A DNA stretch of 64,000 nt from an uncultured delta proteobacterium (GTDB lineage: Bacteria; Myxococcota; Myxococcia; Myxococcales; Anaeromyxobacteraceae). Below, one piece after another: positions 34,468-43,137 of this stretch. The notes below the pieces were generated by a model. It was given only the letters and a program-made list of their open reading frames with translations. It was not told where the DNA came from and did not search any database. The DNA is taken from contig CAVYBH010000015.1 of assembly GCA_963766715.1 (NCBI GenBank), positions 320,001 to 384,000 of the forward strand, read 5' to 3'. Every line of letters begins with the position of its first letter. The stretch's first letter is position 1. The position numbers and the translations under genes are program-made.

Positions 34468-36878
34468 TTACTGGTTCAGCGCGTCGATCTGCGCCTGCGT
34501 CAGGCCGAAGCCGGCGCCGTTGACGGTGGCGTGATCGACGTTCCTGTTCGCGCGGGCCGGGTCCGTGCTCGTGTTGAAGAGGCTCGAGCTGGAGTGGCAG
34601 GCCAGGCAGGTCGCGGCCCACTTGGTGGTGCGGAGGTTGTCCGCGTTGGCGACCGTGTCCGGCCCCGACGTCCGTGGTGGTGCCCCAGGCGGCGACAGCC
34701 GGCTGGCTGTAGGTGTAGGTCACCGGGAAGTCATCCGGATCCGGGGAGATGTGGCAGGCCTGGCAGTTCGCCGGGAAGCCGGGGTAGGTGACGTCTCGGA
34801 AGTCGTTCACGCTGCCGCCGAACCCGTAGATGACGATGTTGGCGCTGTGGATGCCGTGGATCATCGCCTTGAAGTCGATGGTCTCCTGCGACTTCCCGTC
34901 GATCCCGCCGGCGGCCGGCCGACGGGAGATGTCGGTGGCCTCGGTGTTGTGGCACATCGTGCAGACGGCCACGCTGCCGAACGGCAGGGCGACCGAGGGA
35001 GCCTCGGGCGTCCGGTTGGCACCGTGCAGGCTCAGGTCCTCGTGGCAGAGGTTGCACTTCGCCACGTCGACCACCGTGCGACGCACGGAGGCGCTGCCGG
35101 TCACGGCGACCGCCTTGGTCACGTTCTTCACCGGGATGCGGACCGGCGTCGTGATGGAGACGCTCGAGTTCGGGTTGATGACGCCCGGGTGGCCCTCGAT
35201 GGCCACGGTCAGGCTGCCGGTGAGGCCGGCGGGAACCGGCGTCGGCGAGGTCACCGTCACCTGGAAGTCGAGGTGTGTGACGACGCCGGTGTCGAGGACG
35301 TCGATGGAGATGGGCTGACCCGGCGGCGACGGCGTCGCCGACGTTCCGGAAGTCGCAGGTCTGCCAGCCGATGTCGACGAAGAGGCGGCTCGCCCCGCCC
35401 GGCGCGCTGAAGCCCCACGGACCGGTCGTCTGCCCGATGGGGTTCATCGCGCACGAACGGCGCCGCGCCAGTGGCCGAGAAGAGGACGGTCAGCTTCACG
35501 ACCGGGTTCTGGCCGGGGGCCGTGCCCGTCACGCTGTCGATCGTGTACTGGAACTGCTTCGCCGTGTTGGTGGCGAAGATCGTGTCAGCGCTGTTGTGGG
35601 CGATGGCGACGTTCATCTTGGTGGTGTCGGCCGTGTTGTGGCAGGTCGTGCAGTTCGTGGCCGGGGTCACGTTGAACGGGTGGAGCGGCGTGACGTTGCC
35701 GCCCACGTGGCACGAGAAGCAGGCCGTGAAGCTGGGGTTCGTCTGCCAGTCGTCGAGCGGCGCGCCCAGCGCTCCCTGGGCGGTGACGCCCTGGTGGCAG
35801 GTCGTGCAGTTCGCCACGTTCTGCGGGTAGGTGATCTCCGTCGCGACCACGCCGGCGAAGCTGTAGTTCAGGTCCAGCTGCGCGCCGGCGTGCCAGGAGT
35901 GGATCATCACCGACATGTTGCCCGACTGGCCGCCGTTCGACGAGCGCGGGGTCGTGGCAGGTGACGCAGTAGGCCTCGAGGACGCGGCGCCCGTGGATGG
36001 CGAGCCGCTGGTGGCACTGGTTGCAGGCCTGGGTCGAGACGACCGGCGCAACCGGGGTCGGGGCGCCGTCGCCGCCCACGCCGACCGCGGTCGGGGTGAC
36101 GTCGAGGACGCCGTTCGCGAAGAGGAAGCTGTTGCCCGTCTGGATGCCGAAGCGGGTCGGCAGGGTCGGGTCGTAGGTGGTGACGGCGGCGAGGTTCGAC
36201 TTGAACAGGTACGTGTAGGTGCCCGGGCCGGTCCTGGTCAGCGTCCCGACGAGCTGGCCGGTGGTCGCCAGGCAGTTCGGCAGGTTGGTCGCCGCGTTGA
36301 CGCCGCTGCCGCAGCTCCGCTCGGAGCTGTTGTTGAGGTAGTTGAGCCAGAAGGGGTTCTCACCCAGCGACGGGGCGGGCTCGTACGCCGCCACCGTGAA
36401 GTTGAAGGAGGGGATGGGCTGGCTGTTCACCGCCGGGAAATCCATCGGCGCGCAGGTCGGCCGTCGGGGCCGCGGGCGGCGGGGTGCCGGGCGTGCCGCA
36501 GTCGGGGCCCCACACCGTGAAGGCCACCGTGGGCGTCACGAGGGTCGACGCCGGGAAGGAGACGCTGGTGATCTGGATGAGGCCGGTCGCGAGGTCGTCG
36601 CCCGCCCGGAGGTTGTGGATCTCGGCCACGCCCGCGAGCCTGCCGGCGCCGTGGCACACGGTGCACTGCTCGGCGAGCTGGGGCGGGGTGCCTGCCGGGC
36701 CGGTGGGGCCCGTGGCGCCGGTGGCGCCCGGAGCGCCCGGTGCGCCCGGTGCGCCGGTGGCGCCGGTGGCGCCGGTGGGGCCGGGGGCGCCGGCGGGGCC
36801 GGTGCTGCCCGAGCAGGCCGTCAGGCCGATGCCGGCCGCGACCAGCACGGAAAGCGTCATGAGTCTCGACGTTCGCAT
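34468..36878 (-). CDS. Decaheme c-type cytochrome lipoprotein, MtrC/OmcA-like (multiple frameshifts)
   Basis: Lipobox LTAC. CxxCH motifs across frames: CTVCH, CNQCH, CVTCH, CTTCH, CFSCH, CTTCH, CNLCH, CTMCH, CQACH, CLACH. Also DFKAMIHGIH and YP. Stop TAA at 34468-34470. Confidence 0.85.
36684..36809 (-). repeat. Collagen-like (Gly-X-Y)14 coding repeat
   Basis: GST GPA GAP GPT GAT GAT GAP GAP GAP GAT GAT GPT GPA GTP, starting one residue after the lipid-anchor Cys. Confidence 0.9.
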
Positions 36879-36972
36879 TTGTGCTTCTCCTTGGAGGGGC
36901 AAGACGTGCTGCGGATGTACCGGGTGGAGCGCTGCGTGCGCTTCACCGCTGGATGAACTGTGGTGGAGTCGC

Positions 36973-37002
36973 AGATTACCCCTTTTCCTCGCGATCCCGG
37001 AA
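36973..37002 (-). promoter_or_regulatory. Putative sigma70-type promoter of the downstream decaheme gene
   Basis: Minus strand TTCCGG-N18-TAATCT. The same layout is conserved upstream of the paralog (40208-40237). Confidence 0.5.
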
Positions 37003-37415
37003 TAGGCAACCGCTCTTTGTCGTTGCGGTACACAGTCCGTCACACGCTCCGACGCACCGCGCCACGCGACCTCCGAACCGCCGTTTCACGCGCAAGATTT
37101 TCTGTCCCTCGTCCTGGGCTCGCGCGTCCCCGGATCGTGAAGTTTTCGATTTCACCAATGGTTTAGTGGGAAGGAAATCCGCTGGATAGCGGTCCCCGAT
37201 CCGGTCGGGCACGACGTCCTGGAGCCGGACCCCAGAGCCGTTCCGCCGAAAGGACAGGCCCCTACAGGGGCGGTGCGATGCGCCTTCCGCCCGCAGGACG
37301 TGCGCGCAGGGAGGTGCGCGCCAGTTCGAACATGGTGGACCTGTCAGGTCGTCTTCGTCGGGAGGCCAACGGTCCATCCGCCCCATCAGGGCCCACCCGG
37401 TCGCCGCAGGCCCCG

Positions 37416-37454
37416 AAACGAAAGAGGGCGGAGGCGCTGTCGCGCCCCCGCCCT
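37416..37454 (-). terminator. Rho-independent terminator after the upstream decaheme gene
   Basis: Stem AGGGCGG.GGCGC / GCGCC.CCGCCCT followed on the minus strand by CTTTCGTTT, about 40 nt after the stop at 37493. Confidence 0.65.
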
Positions 37455-37492
37455 GTCATTCACGAGGAGTCGGAGCTCCTCGACGACTCACA

Positions 37493-40119
37493 CTACGGGT
37501 ACGGCAGCGCCGACCCGGCGTCGATGAGCGTCTGGCGGCCGTCTTCGAACGTCGTCGGCACCCAGCTCTGCCCGTACGCGTGGATCTGCCAGCCGAAGTT
37601 GACGGCCGGGACGCCCCACTGGTGGCAGCTCATGCAGGAAGCCGAGGTCGGCCCCTGGAGCACGTCGTTGATCTGGTTGCCGTACGGAGCCGCGCCCGGG
37701 TCGGCCGTCACGCCGACGCCCAGCTCCGGGTTCACGGTGGAGGGCCGCCAGGTGCTGGAGTGGCACGCGTCGCAGCGGTTCAGCGCCGACGGGTAGTCGA
37801 CGATGGTGGCCGTGTGGACCTGCCAGGCGCCGTCGGTGCTGGCGGTGCCGGTCGTGCAGTTGCCCGCCGCGTCGACGCCGGGCTTGTTGCCCGTCGCGAT
37901 GGAGCCGTACACCTTGTAGTAGGTGACGACGGCGCCTTCGGCGTTCTTGCAGGTGACGCCGCCGGTGGTCGGCCAGTGCCGATCGGCGATGTACCCGTCG
38001 AGACCAGCCTGGCTCCCGAAGAAGAAGATGCCGCGGGTCCGGTAGATGACGATCGGCATGTTGGTCTCGCCACCCGCGTGCAGCGCGTGGATGAAGGTCC
38101 GCATGTCGTACGTCTGGCCCGGCTTGCCGTCATAGGCCGTCGTGGCGGTGACGCCGAAGCCCACGCGGACGTTCCCCTCGCTGGACGCCGGGTTGTGGCA
38201 GGCGTCGCAGAGGCTCACGTTGTCGATCCGGTTGCCACCGTGCTGGTAGAGGGAGCCCGTGTGGCAGTTGAGGCACTTGTCGGTGTCGACGATCGTGCGC
38301 CGCGGCGTGGCCGCGGTCCCGTCCGCGAGCTTGTACTCGTAGATCGGGTCCTTGGAGCGGACGAGGATGATCTTCGAGTTGCCCGAGAAGAGGACCTGGG
38401 CCCGGCCCTGGAGGGCCAGGAGGCCCTTGTCGCCGGTCACGGTGTAGGCCTGGTTCGGGATCTTGCTGGTGGCCACGTTGCCCGAGCAGGTCGTGTTGCC
38501 GGTGGTGAGCGTGGTGCTGTAGGGCTGGCCGGGGGAGACGTTCCCGGTCCGGCCGGCGTTCACCCAGTCGTCACCCTGGGACATGCCCTGGAGGAAGCTG
38601 AAGTCGCCCTTGGCCTGGCCGGTCGCCGCGTCGGCGGTGGCCGCGAAGAAGGACGGGTTCCCGGCGGACGCGAGCGCGGCGCAGGGGTTGACCGCCACGT
38701 CGTTGTACTTCGCGTTCCACGTCACCGTGAGGGTGTTGTCGGCGACGGTCACGCTGGCGATCTGCATGTTGACCTTCGCGCCCTCGACGACCGCCTGGTC
38801 GGCGCCGTCCCAGATGAGGCCGCCGCGCTCGGTCAGGAGACCGTTGTGGAAGCCGGCGACCGTCGCGGCAGCGGTGGCGCCGTCGTGGCAGGTGGCGCAC
38901 ACGGACTGCGCGGTGAACTGGTCGTAGGAGCGGTGGAAGGCGAGCGGCGCGCCGAACACCGTATCGGTGAACCCGTCCCAGTTCTGGTGGCAGGACATGC
39001 AGTTCGACCAGCTGACCAGCGCGGTGGCGGCAACCGTCGCGCCCGGCGGCGGTGTCATGGCAGTTGGAGCAGTTGTTCATGTAGCTCGGGAAGCCGATCG
39101 TGAAGGGACCGACCGGGTCGCCGCCCCAGTAGTAGCTGTACTGACCGGTGGGCATGTTCTCCGAGTTGTGGATGCCGTGGATCATCGACATGAAGCCGGT
39201 GCCCGCGCCGGGCTGGGTCGGGACCGTGTTGCTCCCCTTGCGCGCGTGGCAGAAGAGGCAGGCGCTCATGCCCTGGGGGTTCGACGCATCGTGCGGGACG
39301 GCGACGCCGCCGTTGTCCCCGCGCCACACGTGCAGGCCGTGGCAGGCGATGCAGGCCGAGTCGCTCACGATGTTGTTGCTGCGGGTCCCGCCGATGGCCT
39401 GGGCCGTGGTGGCGAACAGGCCGTTCGGGTTGGCGAGGGTGACCTGGAACATCATGCCAGCCGTCGGGATCACCGGGAACGGATTGACGACGGACGGGGC
39501 GATCGGGACGACCGCGGCCCGGGCGGCGGTGTAGTTGATGTTGACGGTGTAGTTGCCCTTGCCGTTGTTGGCGAAGTCGTACGAGGGTCGGCCGCGAACT
39601 TCTGGCGGCACCAGGAGGCCCCGGTCGTTCCACGGCGCGACCTGGTCGGCCGCGTTGGTGCAGTCGGCGGGGTTCGCGAGGTAGACGAGGAAGCCGTCCT
39701 CGTTGTGCGCCGCCGCGATCTGGCCCTTCAGGTTGAAGCTCATGTCGGGCACGCCGTTGTTCGGTGACGTTGAACTTGAGCGATGACGGTGGTGCGTGGT
39801 GACGTCGGAGACCGAGACCGACGTGATCGTCGGGAGGCCGATGGCCGTGACCTTCACGCCGTCCATCAGCTTGGGCGGCGTGCTTCTCGGCGAGGCCGGC
39901 GTCGTGGCAGCCGGCGCACAGCTCGATGTCGCTGAAGACGGAGGCGGGGCCGGTGGCGCCCGTCGCGCCGGTGGCGCCCGTCGCGCCCGTCGCGCCGGTC
40001 GCGCCGGTGGCGCCGGTGGGACCCTGCGGGCCCGTGGGGCCGGTGCTACCCGAGCAGGCCGTCAGGCCGATGCCGGCCGCGACCAACACGGAGAGTGTCA
40101 TGAGCTTCGACGTTCGCAT
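37493..40119 (-). CDS. Decaheme c-type cytochrome lipoprotein, MtrC/OmcA-like (multiple frameshifts)
   Basis: Signal peptide nearly identical to its paralog. CAGCH, CIACH, CLFCH, CSNCH, CMSCH, CATCH, CLNCH, CDACH, CDACH, CMSCH; MIHGIH and FIHALH. Confidence 0.87.
39943..40050 (-). repeat. Collagen-like (Gly-X-Y)12 coding repeat including (GAT)7
   Basis: GST GPT GPQ GPT (GAT)x7 GPA, encoded by 9-bp tandem units. Confidence 0.9.
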
Positions 40120-40207
40120 TTGTTCTGCCTCCTTGAGGCTGACTTGACTGCGGATGAACCGGATGAACGCTTGCGCGCTTCACTACGGGATGAACTCGTG
40201 GAGAGGG

Positions 40208-40237
40208 AGACTACCCGCTCCATTCGACTTTCGGGAA
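40208..40237 (-). promoter_or_regulatory. Putative sigma70-type promoter of the decaheme gene starting at 40119
   Basis: Minus strand TTCCCG-N18-TAGTCT, mirroring 36973-37002. Confidence 0.5.
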
Positions 40238-40523
40238 AAGACTGTCGGTCCCTGTTGGAGCCTTCCGCGGCGTTCGCCCGTGCCCGTGGGACACTCAGAC
40301 GGGTCGCACGGAAAGCGGCTTGATCACGGGCAAATCCGATGGCGGGCCGGCGACGCGGTTCACGGCGCGTGATATGCGGCGCGCGGCGCACGGCGCGCAG
40401 GATTCGCGCCCCGCCTCGGGGCGACCGCGCACCCGTCCGACGCATCTCGCGCAAAGTTTTCTCCCCCTTCCGGCGCGCCGCGGCTCCCCGTGCAGCTGGC
40501 CAGGCGACGCGGGGCACGGACGA

Positions 40524-40539
40524 TGCTTGAACGGTGCCA
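40524..40539 (-). promoter_or_regulatory. Possible sigma54 (-24/-12) promoter
   Basis: Minus strand TGGCAC-CGTTC-AAGCA. GG-N10-GC spacing is correct, the -24 box is perfect and the -12 box is imperfect. Confidence 0.3.
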
Positions 40540-40958
40540 TCGGCGCGCTCCTCGGGTGCTCGCGGAGCGGACGGAGGGCCGGGAGGCGCGGAGGCGAAGC
40601 GGACGCGTCCGGTCGACTTCACTGAAGGCGAAATTCACTCACAGGCTCAAGCGTCCGGGATATCCGGCGGATACGCCCGGCGGACGCCGGCCTCGAGGAC
40701 GTCCTGGCCGGCTCCTGCGAGGCGCGGCCGGCCCGGCTCACCCGGATGAGGATGTCCTCATGCGCGCCATCCATCGCCGGCGTGGAAGCGCCGACCGCGT
40801 CCCGATCGGGGACGTCCGACGACGGGATCCGCTGCGCCCGGAGTCCGAATCACGGGGCGTTCTCGCCCCATGGTGCATCGGGCACCCACCAGCATCGGGT
40901 GCGTCCATCCGGGTAAGGCGCAGGGTAAGGAACCCCGCGCCGGACGACCCGTCCGGGC

Positions 40959-43136
40959 CTACCCGTGGAACGGGCGGCCGGCGGCGCCGAGCTCGACGAG
41001 GAGGGGCGCCGGGCGGAAGCGCGCCCCGAGGCGACCCTCCAGGCGGCGCATCCGCTCGAGCACGCGGTTCGTGCCCTCGACGTCCGCCCAGCGGAAGGGG
41101 CCACCCCGGAAGGGTGGGAACCCCAGGCCGAAGACCGCGCCCACGTCTCCGTCCCGGGCGCTGCGGAGGATCCCTTCACCCAGAGTGAGGACGGACTCGT
41201 TCACCATCTGGAGCACGCATCGCTCCGCGATCTCGGCGCGGTCGAACTTCTTCCGCGGCCGCCCGCCGGGCAGCGCGTCGTAGACGGTGACGTCCACGAC
41301 CTTCTTCTTCTTCGGATCGCCGTAGGTGTAGAAGCCCTTGCCGTTCTTGCGCCCGAGCCGGCCCGACTCGAGCACCTTCCCCATCGCCTCCGGGACCGCC
41401 ATGCGATCGCCGAAGGCGTGGTGGAGGACCTTGGCCACCTTGGCCCCGACGTCGATGCCGACCTCGTCGAGCAGGGTCATGGGCCCGACCGGGAAGCCGA
41501 AGTCGGTGAGCGCGCCGTCGATGTCCTCCACCGACGCGCCCTCCAGGAGCAGCATCACCGCCTCGTTCATGTACGGCGCGAGCACGCGGCTCGTGTAGAA
41601 GCCCGGCCCGTCGCCCACCACGATGACGGTCTTCCCCTGCTTCTTCCCGAGGGCCACCGCGGTGGCGGTGACCTCGTCGGCGGTGCGCGGGGTGACGATC
41701 ACCTCGAGCAGCGGCATCTTGTTCACGGGCGAGAAGTAGTGCATCCCCAGCACGGTCTCGGGGTGGCCGGACGCGGCGGCGATCTCGCCGATGGGAATCG
41801 ACGAGGTGTTGGTGGCGAAGATGCCCTTCGGGTTCAGGGTCTCGAAGGCCCGGAGCATCTCCTGCTTCAGCTTCAGATCCTCGAAGACGGCCTCGACGAG
41901 CACGTCGACCCGCTCCATCCCCTCCCAGCCGGTGCCGGCGGTGAGCAGCCGCATCCGGGAGAGCTTCTCGAGCCGGTCCATCGAGCGCTTCTTCACGCGG
42001 CCGTCGAAGATGCCGGCCACGGATGCGAAGGCCCGCGCCACCGCGGCGTCGTCCTTCTCGCGGATTCGCACCGGGATCCCGGCGTTGACCGTGACGTAGG
42101 CGATGCCCGAGCCCATCAGGCCGCCGCCCAGCACGCCCACCGACTCGACCCGCCGCCCCTTCACCGAGGGATCGGAGGTCCCGTTGTCCTTCTTCAGCGC
42201 GGTGGTGGCGAAGAAGATGCCCATGAGCTGCCGGGCCACCGGCGAGACCGCCAGCTCGCCGAAGAGGCGGGCCTCGGTCTCGAGGCCGGTCTCGATCCCC
42301 TTCTCGACGCCGGCCTGGATGGCCTCGAGCGCCGCGACCGGGGCCGGGTAGTGCCCCTTCGTCTTCGCCAGCAGCTGCTTGCGCGCCTGGCGGAAGAGCA
42401 CCTCGCGCCCCAGGAAGTTCTCCTCGAGGGCCAGCTTCTGCAGGGCGCCCTGCGGATTCTCGCGGATCCGGTCGACGACGCCGGCCGGCTCCGGACGCAG
42501 CCGCTCGCCGTCGGCCAGCGACCGGGCCCGGGCGCGCGCCACCTCGAGGAGCAGGGGCGGCGGGACCGACTCGTCGACGAGCCCGATGGCGAGCGCCTTC
42601 TTCGGCTTCACGGTCTTGCCGGCGAGCACGAGGTCGAGCGCCGTGGCGATGCCCACCAGCCTGGGCAGCCGCTGCGTGCCGCCGGCCCCGGGGATCACGC
42701 CCAGCTGCACCTCGGGGAGGCCGAGCTGGGTCTTCTTGTCGTTGGCGGCCACGCGGTAGTGGCAGGCCATGGCCCACTCGAGCCCGCCGCCGAGGCAGGC
42801 GCCCTGGATGGCGGCCACCACCGGCTTGGGGAAGCGCTCCAGCCGGTCGAAGCCGGCCTGCGCGTCGCGGGACAGCTTGGCCGCCTGCCCGGCGGACTGC
42901 ACGTCGCGCAGCATCTCGATCTTGGCGCCGGCGACGAACCCGTCCTTCTTGCCGCTGGCGAGCACGATCCCCTTCACCGCGGGGTCCTTCTCGAGCGCGT
43001 CGAGGACCGCGCCGAACTCGGCGCCGGTCTCCTCGGAGAGGGTGTTCACCGGCTCGCCCGGGACGTCGACGAGGACCGTGGCCACGCCGTCCTGCGTCTC
43101 GATGCGGAAGTTCTTCCAGGTCGTGGGGAGGGTCAT
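40959..43136 (-). CDS. fadJ: Fatty acid oxidation complex alpha subunit (enoyl-CoA hydratase / 3-hydroxyacyl-CoA dehydrogenase)
   Basis: CLGGGLE, GLPEVQLG, GGGLMG, EAVFE, TNTSS, GMHYFSPV and GFPPFRGGP. Confidence 0.93.
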   Translation of the reverse strand: MTLPTTWKNFRIETQDGVATVLVDVPGEPVNTLSEETGAEFGAVLDALEKDPAVKGIVLASGKKDGFVAGAKIEMLRDVQSAGQAAKLSRDAQAGFDRLERFPKPVVAAIQGACLGGGLEWAMACHYRVAANDKKTQLGLPEVQLGVIPGAGGTQRLPRLVGIATALDLVLAGKTVKPKKALAIGLVDESVPPPLLLEVARARARSLADGERLRPEPAGVVDRIRENPQGALQKLALEENFLGREVLFRQARKQLLAKTKGHYPAPVAALEAIQAGVEKGIETGLETEARLFGELAVSPVARQLMGIFFATTALKKDNGTSDPSVKGRRVESVGVLGGGLMGSGIAYVTVNAGIPVRIREKDDAAVARAFASVAGIFDGRVKKRSMDRLEKLSRMRLLTAGTGWEGMERVDVLVEAVFEDLKLKQEMLRAFETLNPKGIFATNTSSIPIGEIAAASGHPETVLGMHYFSPVNKMPLLEVIVTPRTADEVTATAVALGKKQGKTVIVVGDGPGFYTSRVLAPYMNEAVMLLLEGASVEDIDGALTDFGFPVGPMTLLDEVGIDVGAKVAKVLHHAFGDRMAVPEAMGKVLESGRLGRKNGKGFYTYGDPKKKKVVDVTVYDALPGGRPRKKFDRAEIAERCVLQMVNESVLTLGEGILRSARDGDVGAVFGLGFPPFRGGPFRWADVEGTNRVLERMRRLEGRLGARFRPAPLLVELGAAGRPFHG

Positions 43137-43137
43137 G

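Noticed and set aside
37322..37340. GTTCGAAC as a possible tRNA T-loop (tRNA-Sec near selA/selB)
   Set aside because: No cloverleaf, no UCA anticodon loop and no acceptor stem could be built.
34468..40119. Selenocysteine read-through or programmed frameshifting in the cytochrome genes
   Set aside because: The breaks are frame changes, not in-frame TGA codons, and similar indels occur throughout the window.
40325..40360. CACGGGCAAA resembling the start of a GEMM (c-di-GMP/cGAMP) riboswitch
   Set aside because: It is on the strand opposite the cytochrome genes and lacks the GAAA loop and GACGCAAAG core.
34430..40958. Lower-GC cytochrome region as a horizontally acquired island
   Set aside because: Third positions remain G/C-rich, and the shift is explained by Thr/Asn-rich proteins and promoter DNA. 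No integrase, tRNA or flanking direct repeats were seen.
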